Assembly (NCBI GenBank): GCA_963772725.1
Contig: CAVYYI010000001.1
Location: 160,001-224,000, forward strand
Direction: 5' to 3'
Length of the DNA stretch: 64,000 nt
Source: an uncultured Phycisphaerales bacterium
Lineage (GTDB): Bacteria > Planctomycetota > Phycisphaerae > Sedimentisphaerales > Anaerobacaceae
Shown here: positions 30,431 to 41,455 of the stretch, piece after piece
Layout: each line of letters begins with the position of its first letter
Numbering within the stretch: position 1 is the stretch's first letter
Made by a program: the position numbers and the translations under genes
Notes under the pieces: generated by a model
What the model was told of the DNA's origin: nothing
Seen by the model: only the letters and a program-made list of their open reading frames with translations
Databases searched by the model: none

Positions 30431-31439
30431 TTGAAGCCCTCTCTTTTATTTCTACAATCGAAGGTTGGGCTGAGTCAGTTAATGGTTCTTTAAGCTTCGA
30501 AATCAATTTGTCCCACGTTTTTTCATCGCATAGCTTTTTCCAGTAAACTAAAAGCTCTTCAAAAAATTGTTGGCGTTTTTGCCTCAGCTTCTGCTGGAGA
30601 TATTCAAGGCCGGGCAGCAAAAGATAATAAGGTTTATCATATCCAAAGTATTCCTCTGTTCGCTGAAGCTCTTCTTCCAGAAACTTATCAATATGGTTGC
30701 ACCAGACATCGCAATCGTGGATATCTCCAAGAAGTGTTTGGAGCTTCTGGGCCACCTTTATTACATTATTGAGACGGCCGTTGTAAGGCTCCCTGCAAAT
30801 CTCCATTGTGTACCTTAATCTTTTGGCGGCTATTCTCAGCTGGTGATGACCTTGTTTATCCAAATGGTCTTTCAGGCATTCCTGATGCGAAAGCAGTTCT
30901 TGCAATTTGCTGCTAATATGCTGGCTAGTTGTTTGAAAAGTATCTTTGCTTTTCACGTCTGGATTTTCGTTTCGCAAATAAAACATGATTTTCTCGATGG
31001 CTGAATGAATATCTGCAATAATAGCCCGGGATTCCAGCCTGTCTATGGTTTTAATAACTTTATTTTGAAATGTCTGGCGATTCTGGATGATTCTAAGCAG
31101 CAGTCTTTCGATGCCAGGATGAAGCTTAGTTTCTTTTTCATCAAGTTCGGATATCACTTTATTTAAAAATTCTATCTGCACATCGGCATCACGCGCAGGA
31201 CCAAGACTTTTAGTTAACCTTTTTATTTCTTTGCGCCACTTTTTCACCTTTTTAATATCAAAACAATTTTCAAAAACTCCAAGTGCCGACCGCAGTCTCC
31301 TTGATGCCACACGGGATTGATGTATATGTTCTATATCCTTAGCCTGGCGAGCTCCGTCGATTTCGCGTTGAAGTTTTTTAATCTGACCGCCAATATAGTG
31401 ATATGCCAGCCGCTGATAACTTTTATCTACCAATACCAT
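30351..31439 (-). CDS. CHAD domain protein (polyphosphate-binding family)
   Basis: IHQSRVASRRLRS, LGPARDADV, HQLRIAAKRLRY, LQTLLGDIHDCDV. Confidence 0.9.
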   Translation of the reverse strand: MVLVDKSYQRLAYHYIGGQIKKLQREIDGARQAKDIEHIHQSRVASRRLRSALGVFENCFDIKKVKKWRKEIKRLTKSLGPARDADVQIEFLNKVISELDEKETKLHPGIERLLLRIIQNRQTFQNKVIKTIDRLESRAIIADIHSAIEKIMFYLRNENPDVKSKDTFQTTSQHISSKLQELLSHQECLKDHLDKQGHHQLRIAAKRLRYTMEICREPYNGRLNNVIKVAQKLQTLLGDIHDCDVWCNHIDKFLEEELQRTEEYFGYDKPYYLLLPGLEYLQQKLRQKRQQFFEELLVYWKKLCDEKTWDKLISKLKEPLTDSAQPSIVEIKERASNEAKIQENTADRGCPCESAGIKSCSQ

Positions 31440-31824
31440 AAAAATCTTTCATTTATGCCCTTAAAACATAATGAAATATTCTATAATATAACGAAGAATC
31501 TGTCAAATTAACTTTGATTTTGCAGAAATAATTGGCGGAAAAGATTTATTTGCAGCCTAACACATTCCTAACATAACTCGGCGATGTTTGTACGTTATAT
31601 AATACTCCCCCAAAATCGGACCAGTATATAAGGTGTAAGTTGTGGTATAATTCTATCGGATTATGGATTGAGAAAGGAAGTACGAATTATGACACAATGA
31701 ACTCCTACCCATTATCAAGACCAATTTTATCCTTGTATTTGGTGTAAGTTGTGCCGATTTTTCCTATGCCAGCCGATTCACCATTTCAAACCGCGGATGA
31801 AATATTTGGCAGGGACAAGGGCTA

Positions 31825-33012
31825 TTAATTACCCTGCTCAAGAAAAGCGACTACGGAGTTTGCTAAATTCAAATCCAAACTCTTGAGTTTTTCGTAATTT
31901 TTGAGAGCAGCCTCTCGATTGCCAAGCAGTAAATGTGTTAGTACCAGGCCGCGATAAGCGTCGGGAAATTCCTGTCTGACTGCGATTGCTCTATTAAATG
32001 CAGTCAAAGCATCCTGATAAAAACCAAGCCTGATATTCAGGATTCCAATCTTGTTATAAATCACTGCATCGTCGATTCCCATGCTCACTGTCAACGGCTG
32101 TCGCTGAGAATTTACGTTCGCAGTAAGTGAACCAAGTGTTACCGCGCTATTCATCTGCTCCAATGCCGCAGCATAATTACGAGTAATGTCAAATACCAGA
32201 CCAAGACCGATATATCCAGCTGGGGCGTATCTGTCAAAACGAATAGCCTGTCGTTGGTCCTTTATCGCATCATCATAGCGGCCGAGTTTTGTGTACAAAA
32301 GCCCACGAAATACATAAGCTTCAAAGAAATCGTTTTTGAGGCTGATAGCCCGTGAATAGTTCTCGATGGCCTCATCATCGCGTCCAAACAAGTCCTGAAT
32401 ACGGGCCTTTGCATAATAAAGCATGGCAGAGTGAGGTTCATCGCGAATTGCCTCGTCGCACACATTCAGGGCATCCTCATATTTTTCCTGTCTGGCATAT
32501 ACCCACGCAAGAATATGTCTCAGTTTATTGAATGCGGAGCCACGCTGCAGCGTTCTATTACAGAGCGATATCGCGTCATCATAGTTTCCGACTCTGGCAT
32601 ATATCCACGCAAGCGTATAATGAGCATCCACAGATTGAGGATTGTCCCTTATTTCTTCCTGTGTTATCTGTTCAGCCTGTTGATATTCCCCTTTCAAGGC
32701 AAATGGATACCCCCTTGTGGGAGTTTCAGTATAGGGAGGTACATCCCGGATTACTTTTTTAAACGCTTCTATGGACTTTTTTCGCAGGCTTTCTGTATTG
32801 ACATCAAACAGGGCAAGTATTTCGATTTTATTGACATCTTGTTGAGCAGCAACCGGAGATGCGGATGCCGCTGTTGTCTCTTTTTCCGGGACTATCTTTT
32901 CATTGCGAACCTGCTGCTTATCAGTCTTGAGCGCAACCATGATAAAAAACGTAATCGCAATTGACATTATATTTGTGACCGCTACTGTGATTACAACATC
33001 TCGTTTTTTCAT
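31825..33012 (-). CDS. Membrane-anchored TPR repeat protein
   Basis: N-terminal hydrophobic helix and multiple TPR-pattern repeats. Confidence 0.85.
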   Translation of the reverse strand: MKKRDVVITVAVTNIMSIAITFFIMVALKTDKQQVRNEKIVPEKETTAASASPVAAQQDVNKIEILALFDVNTESLRKKSIEAFKKVIRDVPPYTETPTRGYPFALKGEYQQAEQITQEEIRDNPQSVDAHYTLAWIYARVGNYDDAISLCNRTLQRGSAFNKLRHILAWVYARQEKYEDALNVCDEAIRDEPHSAMLYYAKARIQDLFGRDDEAIENYSRAISLKNDFFEAYVFRGLLYTKLGRYDDAIKDQRQAIRFDRYAPAGYIGLGLVFDITRNYAAALEQMNSAVTLGSLTANVNSQRQPLTVSMGIDDAVIYNKIGILNIRLGFYQDALTAFNRAIAVRQEFPDAYRGLVLTHLLLGNREAALKNYEKLKSLDLNLANSVVAFLEQGN

Positions 33013-33079
33013 AACAATGTACCTTTATCCTGTTAATTTTCGTTTTTTAAAATTTATTCAGAATCAAGTCTTAGGGATA

Positions 33080-33460
33080 TTATCCTTCCAACCAAACGCG
33101 AGCCTGCGAAAGCTGTTCCGGAGGAAAAAATTTGACCGGTGCAGCGCGAAATCCCGCACCTGTGAACATTTTCAATTCAGTTTCCCACTTTGGGTCACCG
33201 ACAATGGCAATTTTCGCGATGTCGTTACCATGTGCGGCATAGAAACTCATGTCATCCCAATTAACACCGCGTTCCCATCCTTCAAAATTTTCCACAACCA
33301 ACAGCAATTTGATACGTAGCGAGGGGTCGTTATCAAGTATTTTTGTCGCCGCGGCCTGCACAGCATCGAACTCAGATTTTTTGAGCACCCCCGTAATACA
33401 CATTACACTTAAGTTCCCGTTCTCATTTTTAATCGTTACTCCCATAACATTGACCTCCAA
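33080..33460 (-). CDS. STAS/SEC14 (SpoIIAA-like) protein
   Basis: ITGVL, FEGWE, KIAIVGD, KFF...ARVWL. Confidence 0.85.
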   Translation of the reverse strand: MEVNVMGVTIKNENGNLSVMCITGVLKKSEFDAVQAAATKILDNDPSLRIKLLLVVENFEGWERGVNWDDMSFYAAHGNDIAKIAIVGDPKWETELKMFTGAGFRAAPVKFFPPEQLSQARVWLEG

Positions 33461-33501
33461 ATTTCTTTAAATGCCTGATTTTATTTTATCAACGTATAAT
33501 C

Positions 33502-34747
33502 GAGACCTCTGAAAAACTATGCATTTTTTACAAAACATTAATGCAATTATCAGCGGATATGATATAATGCGTCCATTCAATAGTCAATTTTATTGCATGG
33601 AGGCAAAGATTATGGAACGCACAAGCAATCAACCAACATTTCTCGACAGTTTAACCTCTGACCTCGGCGGTCGTCGCACTGCTCAATTTTTTCAAAAATG
33701 CGACCAGCTTATACCATGGAACGAACTTGCTGAGCCGTTAAGGGATATGTACAAGAACAACACCGACAAAGGCGGAGCATCGAATTATCCACTTGTAATG
33801 ATGATAAAATGCATAATGCTGCAAAAGTGGTTTAATCTTTCCGACCCGATGCTCGAAGAGATGCTCTGTGACCGTATATCCTTCAGACGATTTGTAGGCC
33901 TTAAGATGGAACAGGATGCACCTGATGAAACTACTTTTGTGCAGTTTCGCAAGCGTCTTAATATAAACGGCCATATAGCTACATTATTTGATAAGACTAT
34001 CGCCATCCTCAAAAGTCGCGGCGTTATACTTGAGGAAGGGACCTGTGTTGATGCCACTATAATAGAAGCGCCTCGCGGCAGAACTGGCAAAGACGGTATT
34101 TCCAGCACCAAAGACAAGGCAGCAGGTTATACGAAAAAACATGGCAGAATATATCACGGCTATAAGGGCCATATTGCTACTGACTGTAACGGCATGATTA
34201 AAGACTACCGTTTCGATACCGCCTCAACCCATGACAGCAGGTATATTGACGAACTTGTTGAGGATGAGAAGGACAGTGTCTTTGCTGATAGTGCATATAT
34301 GGATAAAGACCGAAAGGCAAAACTGGAGGAACGCGGCGTGTTTTGCGGAATTATTCAAAAACGAGTTCGCGGCCAGAAGGAATTAACAGCCTCACAGAAA
34401 TTGCATAACCGTCTGGTGGCGGGAATTCGGGCGGTGGTTGAACATCCGTTTGCGTGGATGAAGAATACCGGCTACGGCAGGACTCGATATCGAGGTATGA
34501 GGCGTAACGCCTTTGATTTTGGGTTACATGTAATAGCGTACAATTGGAAAAGGAGTTTTAGCCTGGTGAGTATTGCCGGATAACGGCACACGACCGTTAT
34601 GAACAGATAAAAAGGTATACCAAAGGCATAAAAGAATCCTTTGGTAAGGCCAGAAAACAGTTTTTGCGGTGTATCGAAATAATTTTTCGAAGCACTTCAA
34701 GCAAAAATATAAGAGAATAATAAAATGTGAGGTTTTTCAGAGGTCTC
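33502..34747 (+). mobile_element. Intact IS5-family insertion sequence, 1246 bp
   Basis: Perfect 16-bp TIR GAGACCTCTGAAAAAC / GTTTTTCAGAGGTCTC; 4-bp target duplication AATC (33498-33501 and 34748-34751). Confidence 0.95.
33612..34583 (+). CDS. IS5-family DDE transposase
   Basis: LQKWFNLSD, PDETT, VDATII, GYKGH, ADSAY, RAVVEHPF, RYRG. Confidence 0.95.
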   Translation: MERTSNQPTFLDSLTSDLGGRRTAQFFQKCDQLIPWNELAEPLRDMYKNNTDKGGASNYPLVMMIKCIMLQKWFNLSDPMLEEMLCDRISFRRFVGLKMEQDAPDETTFVQFRKRLNINGHIATLFDKTIAILKSRGVILEEGTCVDATIIEAPRGRTGKDGISSTKDKAAGYTKKHGRIYHGYKGHIATDCNGMIKDYRFDTASTHDSRYIDELVEDEKDSVFADSAYMDKDRKAKLEERGVFCGIIQKRVRGQKELTASQKLHNRLVAGIRAVVEHPFAWMKNTGYGRTRYRGMRRNAFDFGLHVIAYNWKRSFSLVSIAG

Positions 34748-34758
34748 AATCATAAATT

Positions 34759-35883
34759 TTATTTCGTCACCGCGATTGATTTCCGGAAGAGCGCCAGGCT
34801 GTACACAAAGAACCCAAGACCGATCGCACCTACCATCAGAAATTGAGGCCAGACCGCACTAATGCCGCCGCCGCGATAAATGATCACCTGCGAAAAGCTG
34901 ACAAAATGCCGTGAAGGCAGGAAGAAAGTGATGTACTGCAGCCATTCCGGCTGGCTCTCGACAGGCGTATTGCCGCCCGAAAGAAGCATCAGCACAAGGA
35001 TCACCAGAATGATCAAAAGCGCGAACTGCGCCATCGACCGCGAAATCGTCCCCAGGAATATCCCCAGCGCCGTCGCGAAGAACAGATAGAGCACGACGCC
35101 AAAGAACCACAGGGCGACCGAACCGGCGAACGGCACCTTCAGCGCCATCTGCACAATCAAGAAGAGCGAGACCCCGGTCGCGATGAGAATCACAAGGCCG
35201 TTGGCCCAAACCTTCGCCATTGCGATCTCGAACGCGGTCAGCGGCATCACAAGCAGGTGTTCAAGCGTCCCGTGCTCGCGTTCGCGGATCACCGCGGCAC
35301 CCGTCAGAACGACTGTCAGCAGCGTTATCTGATTGATGATGGCCACCACACTCGTAAACCAGGAGGATATTCCGTTCGGATTGAACAGCTTGCGAATGAC
35401 CAGATTGATGGGCTCAGGTGCCGTCACATCCGTGCGTTTGAGAAAGCTTGAGACGCGGTCGTTGATGATGTTCTTGATGTAGTTGGCGCCAATACCGGCC
35501 TGCTGCATGGCGGTCGCGTCGATATTCACCTGGATATCCGGATTGCGACCGGCGCGAAGATCGTTTTCGAACAGGGGCGGGATCACAACGACGAACATGA
35601 ACCGGCCTTTATCCATCGCGTCTTCGACCTCTCCGGCGTCGATTGTCTCAGGCAACTGGAAACGCGGCGGATAGAAAGCATTAATCAGTTCTTTGGACAA
35701 GGCCGAACCGTCCTCGTCCACAAAAGCGATCGATGCGTTGTTGACCTCATTCGAAGTGCCCGTCGCCTGGACATAGATGGCCACAGTGAACGCATAGATG
35801 ACAAACAGGACCATCACCAGATCGCTTATCAGGCTGCGAATTTCCTTGAGCCCAAGCCAAAAGATGTTCAGAAATGACGTCAT
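34759..35883 (-). CDS. ABC-2 transporter permease (YhhJ-like)
   Basis: LGLKEIRSL, REREHGTLEHLLVMP, multiple TM helices. Confidence 0.9.
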   Translation of the reverse strand: MTSFLNIFWLGLKEIRSLISDLVMVLFVIYAFTVAIYVQATGTSNEVNNASIAFVDEDGSALSKELINAFYPPRFQLPETIDAGEVEDAMDKGRFMFVVVIPPLFENDLRAGRNPDIQVNIDATAMQQAGIGANYIKNIINDRVSSFLKRTDVTAPEPINLVIRKLFNPNGISSWFTSVVAIINQITLLTVVLTGAAVIREREHGTLEHLLVMPLTAFEIAMAKVWANGLVILIATGVSLFLIVQMALKVPFAGSVALWFFGVVLYLFFATALGIFLGTISRSMAQFALLIILVILVLMLLSGGNTPVESQPEWLQYITFFLPSRHFVSFSQVIIYRGGGISAVWPQFLMVGAIGLGFFVYSLALFRKSIAVTK

Positions 35884-35885
35884 TG

Positions 35886-38671
35886 CTATTTCTCCTGCTT
35901 TCTCAGGCCGACCAAACTAACTGCCCAGAGAATCGGGATGCAGCAGGCCAGAAAAATAATGTCCTGCATCATGAGGCCGGGTCCGATCCCCTTGGTATAT
36001 GCGCCCACACTGGAGTGCATGTAGTAAGAGGTTGGCCAGATCAAACCAACAGAGCCGGGCGTTACCCTCAAGCGTCGAGACCGGCTGTAACAAACCGGAG
36101 AACTGGACGGTCGGTATAATGGTGAGAATCGCGGTGACAAAGACGGCCGCGACCTGGCTGCTGGTGAAGGTCGAAGTTACCATGCCGATACCGGTTGTCG
36201 CCGTAACATAAAGCAGCGTGCACAACGTCAACATCAGAAAACTTCCCTTGATCGGAACGCCGAAAACGACCAGCGCCATGGCGACCAAAATGAAAAAGTT
36301 GAGCATGCCGATCGCGATGTAGGGGAGTTGTTTTCCCAGGAGGTACTCCAACCTGCCTGTTGGCGTGACATAGAAGTTGATCATTGAGCCCAGTTCCTTT
36401 TCGCGCACAATGCTGACCGTCATGAGAATCGCCGGTATCAGGATCAGCAGCAGGGCCGGGACGCTCGGCACGATCGAGTAGATACTTTCGAACGTGGGAT
36501 TGTACATGTACCGCTCTTGGATATTGGCAGTGTATTTCTTAGGGGCTGGTGTTGTAGTCCGCTCGCGGGATCTTGCAGCATGGTATTGTGGACTCCCTGA
36601 ACATACTGCGCGACGGTCTCGCCACGGAATGTCATGGCGCCATCCACCTGCGCCAAGACCTCCGGTCCGGAGCCCCTGCGGAAATCCCTGCCGAAATCAG
36701 GCGGAATCTCAAGCACCAGCGAGATGTCATCCGATTGCAGCCGCTTCAAGCCTTCCTCGGCAGAGTATACCGGTGGAGTAGGGGTAAAGTAACGATTGCG
36801 ATCCGGCAAACTGCTCGAGATAAGCGCGGCTTTCCGGCGATTGATCGAGATCGAGCGAGGCATAGCGAATGTGTTCGACATCGGTGGTAATTCCAAAGCC
36901 GAAAACGAGCATCAGCAATGCCGAACCAAGGAAGGCAAAGGCCAATCGCACCGGATCGCGAAGGATCTGCATGGTTTCATTGTGGGTGTATGCGAGCATC
37001 CGACCAAGGCTGAACCGAACTGGGCAGTGCTTCGACGGTGTTGGCGGGGTCACAGGCTGCTCGGCCGCTGGTGCGCTGACGGGCGCTTTGTCCTTGCTTT
37101 TGCCGCTGGACGCGGCATCGGCAATCGCGTCCTCCATATAGCCGATGAAGGCGTCCTCCAGATTGGCGGCACCACGCGTTTCGATCAGCTTCTGCGGAGC
37201 ATCACACGCCAGCACCTTCCCCGCGTTCATCAGCGAGATGCGGTCACAGCGCATCCCTTCATTCATAAAGTGCGTCGTTACGAAGATCGTCACACCCTGC
37301 TTTCGCGAAAGATCGATCAGCAGTTCCCAGAAGCTGTCCCGAGCGACCGGATCGACACCCGACGTGGGTTCATCCAGAATCAGCATTTCCGGTTCATGCA
37401 GAACGGCAACTGCCAGCGAAAGCCGCTGACGCAAACCCATCGGCAGAGCCTCGGCCAACGAATCGAGATGCGGACCAAGTCCGAATTTTTCGACCAACTC
37501 ATCGATACGTGCTTTCGCCTTCTCGGGTGGAATGTGATAAAGACGGGCATCCAGTACCAGGTTCTGGCGAACGGTCAGTTCGCCGTAAAGTGAGAACGCT
37601 TGCGTCATGTAGCCGAGGTGCTTGCGGACTTCGATGCTTCCGGCTTCGACCGACTGGCCAAAGAGCGTCGCGGTCCCTTCGGTGGGAGGCAGCAGTCCCG
37701 TCAACATCTTCATGGTGGTGGACTTTCCGCAGCCGTTGGAGCCGAGGAAACCGAATATCTCGCCTCGCTCGATCGAAAGAGTGACGTGGTCAACAGCGGT
37801 GAAACTGCCGAAGCGGCGCGTCAGGCCCTTGGCATCGATGGCGATTTCCGATTTGCCGGCCGCACGCGGCGGGATGGTCAGTTCCGTATGCCCCATGCGT
37901 TTTTCTTCCGGCAGCAGGGCTATGAAGCATTTCTCCAAATCTTTAGTGCCTGTCCGCTCCATCAACTCCGCCGGCGTTCCTGTCGCCAGCACACGCCCGG
38001 CATCCATCGCGACGATCCAGTCCCACTTTTGCGCTTCGTCCATGTAAGCGGTGGAAATGACGACACTCATACTGGGGCGGCCTGCACGAATATCGTCAAT
38101 GAGCGTCCAAAACTGCCGCCGGGAGAGCGGATCGACGCCGGTGGTGGGCTCATCGAGAACGAGAAGATCCGGTTCGTGGACCAACGCGCCGCAGAGCCCC
38201 ACCTTTTGTTTCATTCCGCCCGAGAGCTTGCCGGCGGGACGTTCGGGAAACGGGCCAAGTCCGGTGGCATCGAGCAGTTCTTTAACTTTGATCGGACGCT
38301 CCGCGGCGGATAGTCCGAAAAGTCGCGCCATGAAATCAACGTTGTCATGAAACGCTGAGTTCCAGGTAGAGGTTCTTGCCCAAACCCTGGGGCATGTACG
38401 CGATCTGCGGGCACACAACGCGTCGATGCCGGACGTCAGCGATGTCCCCATCCAGGACAGTCACTTTCCCCTGCTGCATCTTCTTGGAGCCGGCGATCAG
38501 GGCCATGAGCGTCGACTTGCCGACGCCGTCAGGGCCGATTATGCCGACCATGAGGCCGCTTGGAATATCGAGGGAAATACCATCGAGCGCCACAACTTTG
38601 CCATAGCGGTGGGTGACATCCTTAATGGAGACCACCGGCGCATTAGCTGATTGAGACGCGGGGGACACCAT
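35886..38671 (-). CDS. rbbA: RbbA/YhiH-like dual ABC ATPase plus permease (frameshifted)
   Basis: [43 protein letters not shown]. Confidence 0.85.
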
Positions 38672-38729
38672 GGATTATATCTCCTGCGTTACGTAATCAA
38701 AGAGAACTTTACTTTCCATTGGTTGTCCT

Positions 38730-40383
38730 TTACCAGTCAGGTTTTTGTAAAAGCGGTATGTCGCGGGCCGGCGGCGGCGGGTTTAAGGTTTCCGACGCCG
38801 GTGGCGGCGGCGATGGCGGCGGTAACAAACTGCCCCAGTCTGTCCGTTTTCGCATCTCGGCTTGCGTGCTTTCCGCTACTATTGGTTGGCCCTGCCGCAA
38901 TTCCCAACCCCCGCCCAACGCCTTGTACAAGGCAATCAAATTCGTGGCAATGGATGAGCGCGTCTGGGCCAAGTTATTTTGCTCCTGCAATAAGGCGCGT
39001 TGCGTATCTAACACGCGCTGATAATCCACGGCGCCTTCCCGATATTGCACCAAGGCTATCTCCACCGACCGCTGGGCAGCATTTACTGAGTTCTGCTCAA
39101 ACACTGTCGCTTCCTGGGATTTGAGAAAACCGGTCAGCGTATCTTCCACTTCCTGGGCCGCCTTGAGCACGGTGTTTTGGTAGTTGACGAGCAATTGCTG
39201 AAACCGTGCGTCCTGGATGCGCACATTGTTCTCTATGCGGCCGTAATTGAAAATGGGCCACCGAACCGCCGGGCCAAAGGAATAGAAGACGCTGTCGCTG
39301 TCCATAAGATTGTCAAAGTGCGCTCCATTGGACTGCATCCCACCTTGACTGCTGCTTTGAAACCCGATCTCACCGAAAAGCGAAAAACTGGGATAGAGAT
39401 CCGCTTTGGCAATACCAATGCGGGCACACTGTGCAGCGGCAAAAAGCTCGGCGCTGCGGATATCCGGACGCCGCCGCAGCAGTTCGGCCGGTACGCTAAC
39501 GGCCACTTCCGCAGGCGCCGTCGGAATCCCTTTGGGTCCATCCAGTAATGCCTGAACGGCGCCCGTCGGTTGCCCTAACAGCGTGCTCAAGGCGTTTTGC
39601 GCCTGCTGCAGTCCAATTTGCAGCTGGGGGATGGTAGCCCTGGTACTCTCTAATAACGAGCGTGCCTGGGTCACATCCAGTTCCGTGGTGGCGCCATTGC
39701 GGAAACGAGACTCGGCAATCTGCAGCCCCTCCTCCTGAACTTTGATGTTTTCACGGGCTAGTTCAATGAGCACCTCAAACGTGCGAATCACAGTGTAGGT
39801 GCGGGCGACTTCCGCGGTGAGCGAGACAAGCGCGTCATCGTAGTCGGCCACCGAGGCGATCAAGCTGGCGTGTGTCTGCTTCCACGCCCCGCCGAAACTT
39901 GCCCCAGAAATCCAATTCCCAGGTCGAATCAAAGCCCAACTGATAATCCCAGTGATTTCGATCCAGACCGAAGCTGTTGGACGCATTTTTACTAAGACCA
40001 ACCCCGGTTGCACTACCGAAAGCCTCTTGCTGCTGGGGATACTGCTCACCAATGGCAATGCCTAACCTGGCGCGGGCTTCCATAATCCTTAGACCGGCGA
40101 TCTGCAACGGCAGGTTTTGCTGGTAGGCGAGTTGGATTAATTGATCGAGTGTCGGGTCATTGAACGCACTCCACCACTGGCTGTTAACCGCAGTCTGAGT
40201 CGCGACCCGCGGGTCACCTTTCTCGCTCCAGTTTTCATTGACTTTGGCTTCGGGTTTCACGAAGTCGGGACCTACCGCACACCCGCTAAGCGCCAACACC
40301 ATGCTCAGCAGTGAAACCGCACCGGCAATGGCCAAAGGCCCTCTGGACATCGTTGGCTTTGCATCGTTATGGCTGCACATCAA
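38730..40383 (-). CDS. NodT/OprM-type outer-membrane efflux lipoprotein (frameshift near 39880)
   Basis: LSGCAVGPDF lipobox, WELDFWGK, PAELLRRRPDI, LYKALGGGW. Confidence 0.9.
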
Positions 40384-41453
40384 GGCACCTCCTTGGATTG
40401 TTCATTTGAAGGTATCATACCGTCCGGCTTCTTTGCTGGCGGCGTCACGAGGTTCTGCAGCCAGCCTGGCCAGACAGCGGATTCATCCAACTTGACATAC
40501 CCGACGCCTCGGATGCCCGTCTTGATATACTCAATATACGAGGAGACCAACTCTGGGGGCATCTTGATCTTGACGCGGAACATCAGCTTCTCACGCTCGC
40601 TGCGTGTCTCGACCTGCTTTGGAGTAAACTGTGCTTCCGGGGACACGAAGGTGACATATCCGGCGACCGCGCGGCCGGAAACGTCACCCATCATCCTCGC
40701 TTCGGCGCCAATCTTCACTTTGGAGGCCTGTTCTGAGGGGAGGAATATCTCCATATATACGTCTTCCAGGTTCACCAACGTCAGTGCTTTGCCGCCGGGA
40801 GCCAGAACCTCGCCAACTTCGGCCAGGCGATAAAGCACTCTTCCGCGGACGGGGGACTTGAGCGTCGCGTCATCGATGCGGGTTTGGACCGTCGCCACGT
40901 TTGCCTGTGCGACTTCGACCTCTTGCTTAGCGGTTTGCAGCTTGGCTTCTTCTTCCGCGAGGGATGCCGTGGTTGTTTCCAATCTCGTCTTGCGGACATC
41001 GTATTCCCGCTGCGAGCCGGCACGTTCCTCGACAAGTTTGCGGGAGCGTTCGACCTCGATCTTGGCAAGTTCGATCTCACTTTTCGCCCTGACTATGCCG
41101 GCCTTGGCGATCGCCAGGCGTTCCTGTGCGGCAGCGACATTTGCCTTGGCCTCGGCCAGTTCGGCATCCAGCGTGATGGTGTCCAGCCGCACCAGCACCT
41201 GACCCGGCTTGACGAGATCGCCTTCGTCAACGAGGATTTCCTTGACCCTCAGCGGTTCCTTGGCGGCGGCATCGACCAGTTTGGCCTCGAGCCGGCCGTT
41301 ACCCGATGCGAATCCCTTCGGCAGCGCGGATTGCTTCGTCTTCCAATACTGATAGCCGAAGAACGCAACGACCGCGACAGCGACCACCAGAAGGATCCGC
41401 ATCAGAGACTTTTTGGAGATAGTTTTGGACATAGGAGACTCCTGTGATTTCAT
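40380..41453 (-). CDS. HlyD-family membrane fusion protein (YhiI-like)
   Basis: SGNGRLEA, lipoyl half-motifs, AQFTPKQVET, LMFRVK. Confidence 0.92.
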   Translation of the reverse strand: MKSQESPMSKTISKKSLMRILLVVAVAVVAFFGYQYWKTKQSALPKGFASGNGRLEAKLVDAAAKEPLRVKEILVDEGDLVKPGQVLVRLDTITLDAELAEAKANVAAAQERLAIAKAGIVRAKSEIELAKIEVERSRKLVEERAGSQREYDVRKTRLETTTASLAEEEAKLQTAKQEVEVAQANVATVQTRIDDATLKSPVRGRVLYRLAEVGEVLAPGGKALTLVNLEDVYMEIFLPSEQASKVKIGAEARMMGDVSGRAVAGYVTFVSPEAQFTPKQVETRSEREKLMFRVKIKMPPELVSSYIEYIKTGIRGVGYVKLDESAVWPGWLQNLVTPPAKKPDGMIPSNEQSKEVP

Positions 41454-41455
41454 CG

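Noticed and set aside
31670..31830. Gene after the AAAGGA RBS at about 31673
   Set aside because: The ATG is followed by a stop after three codons; no recognisable product.
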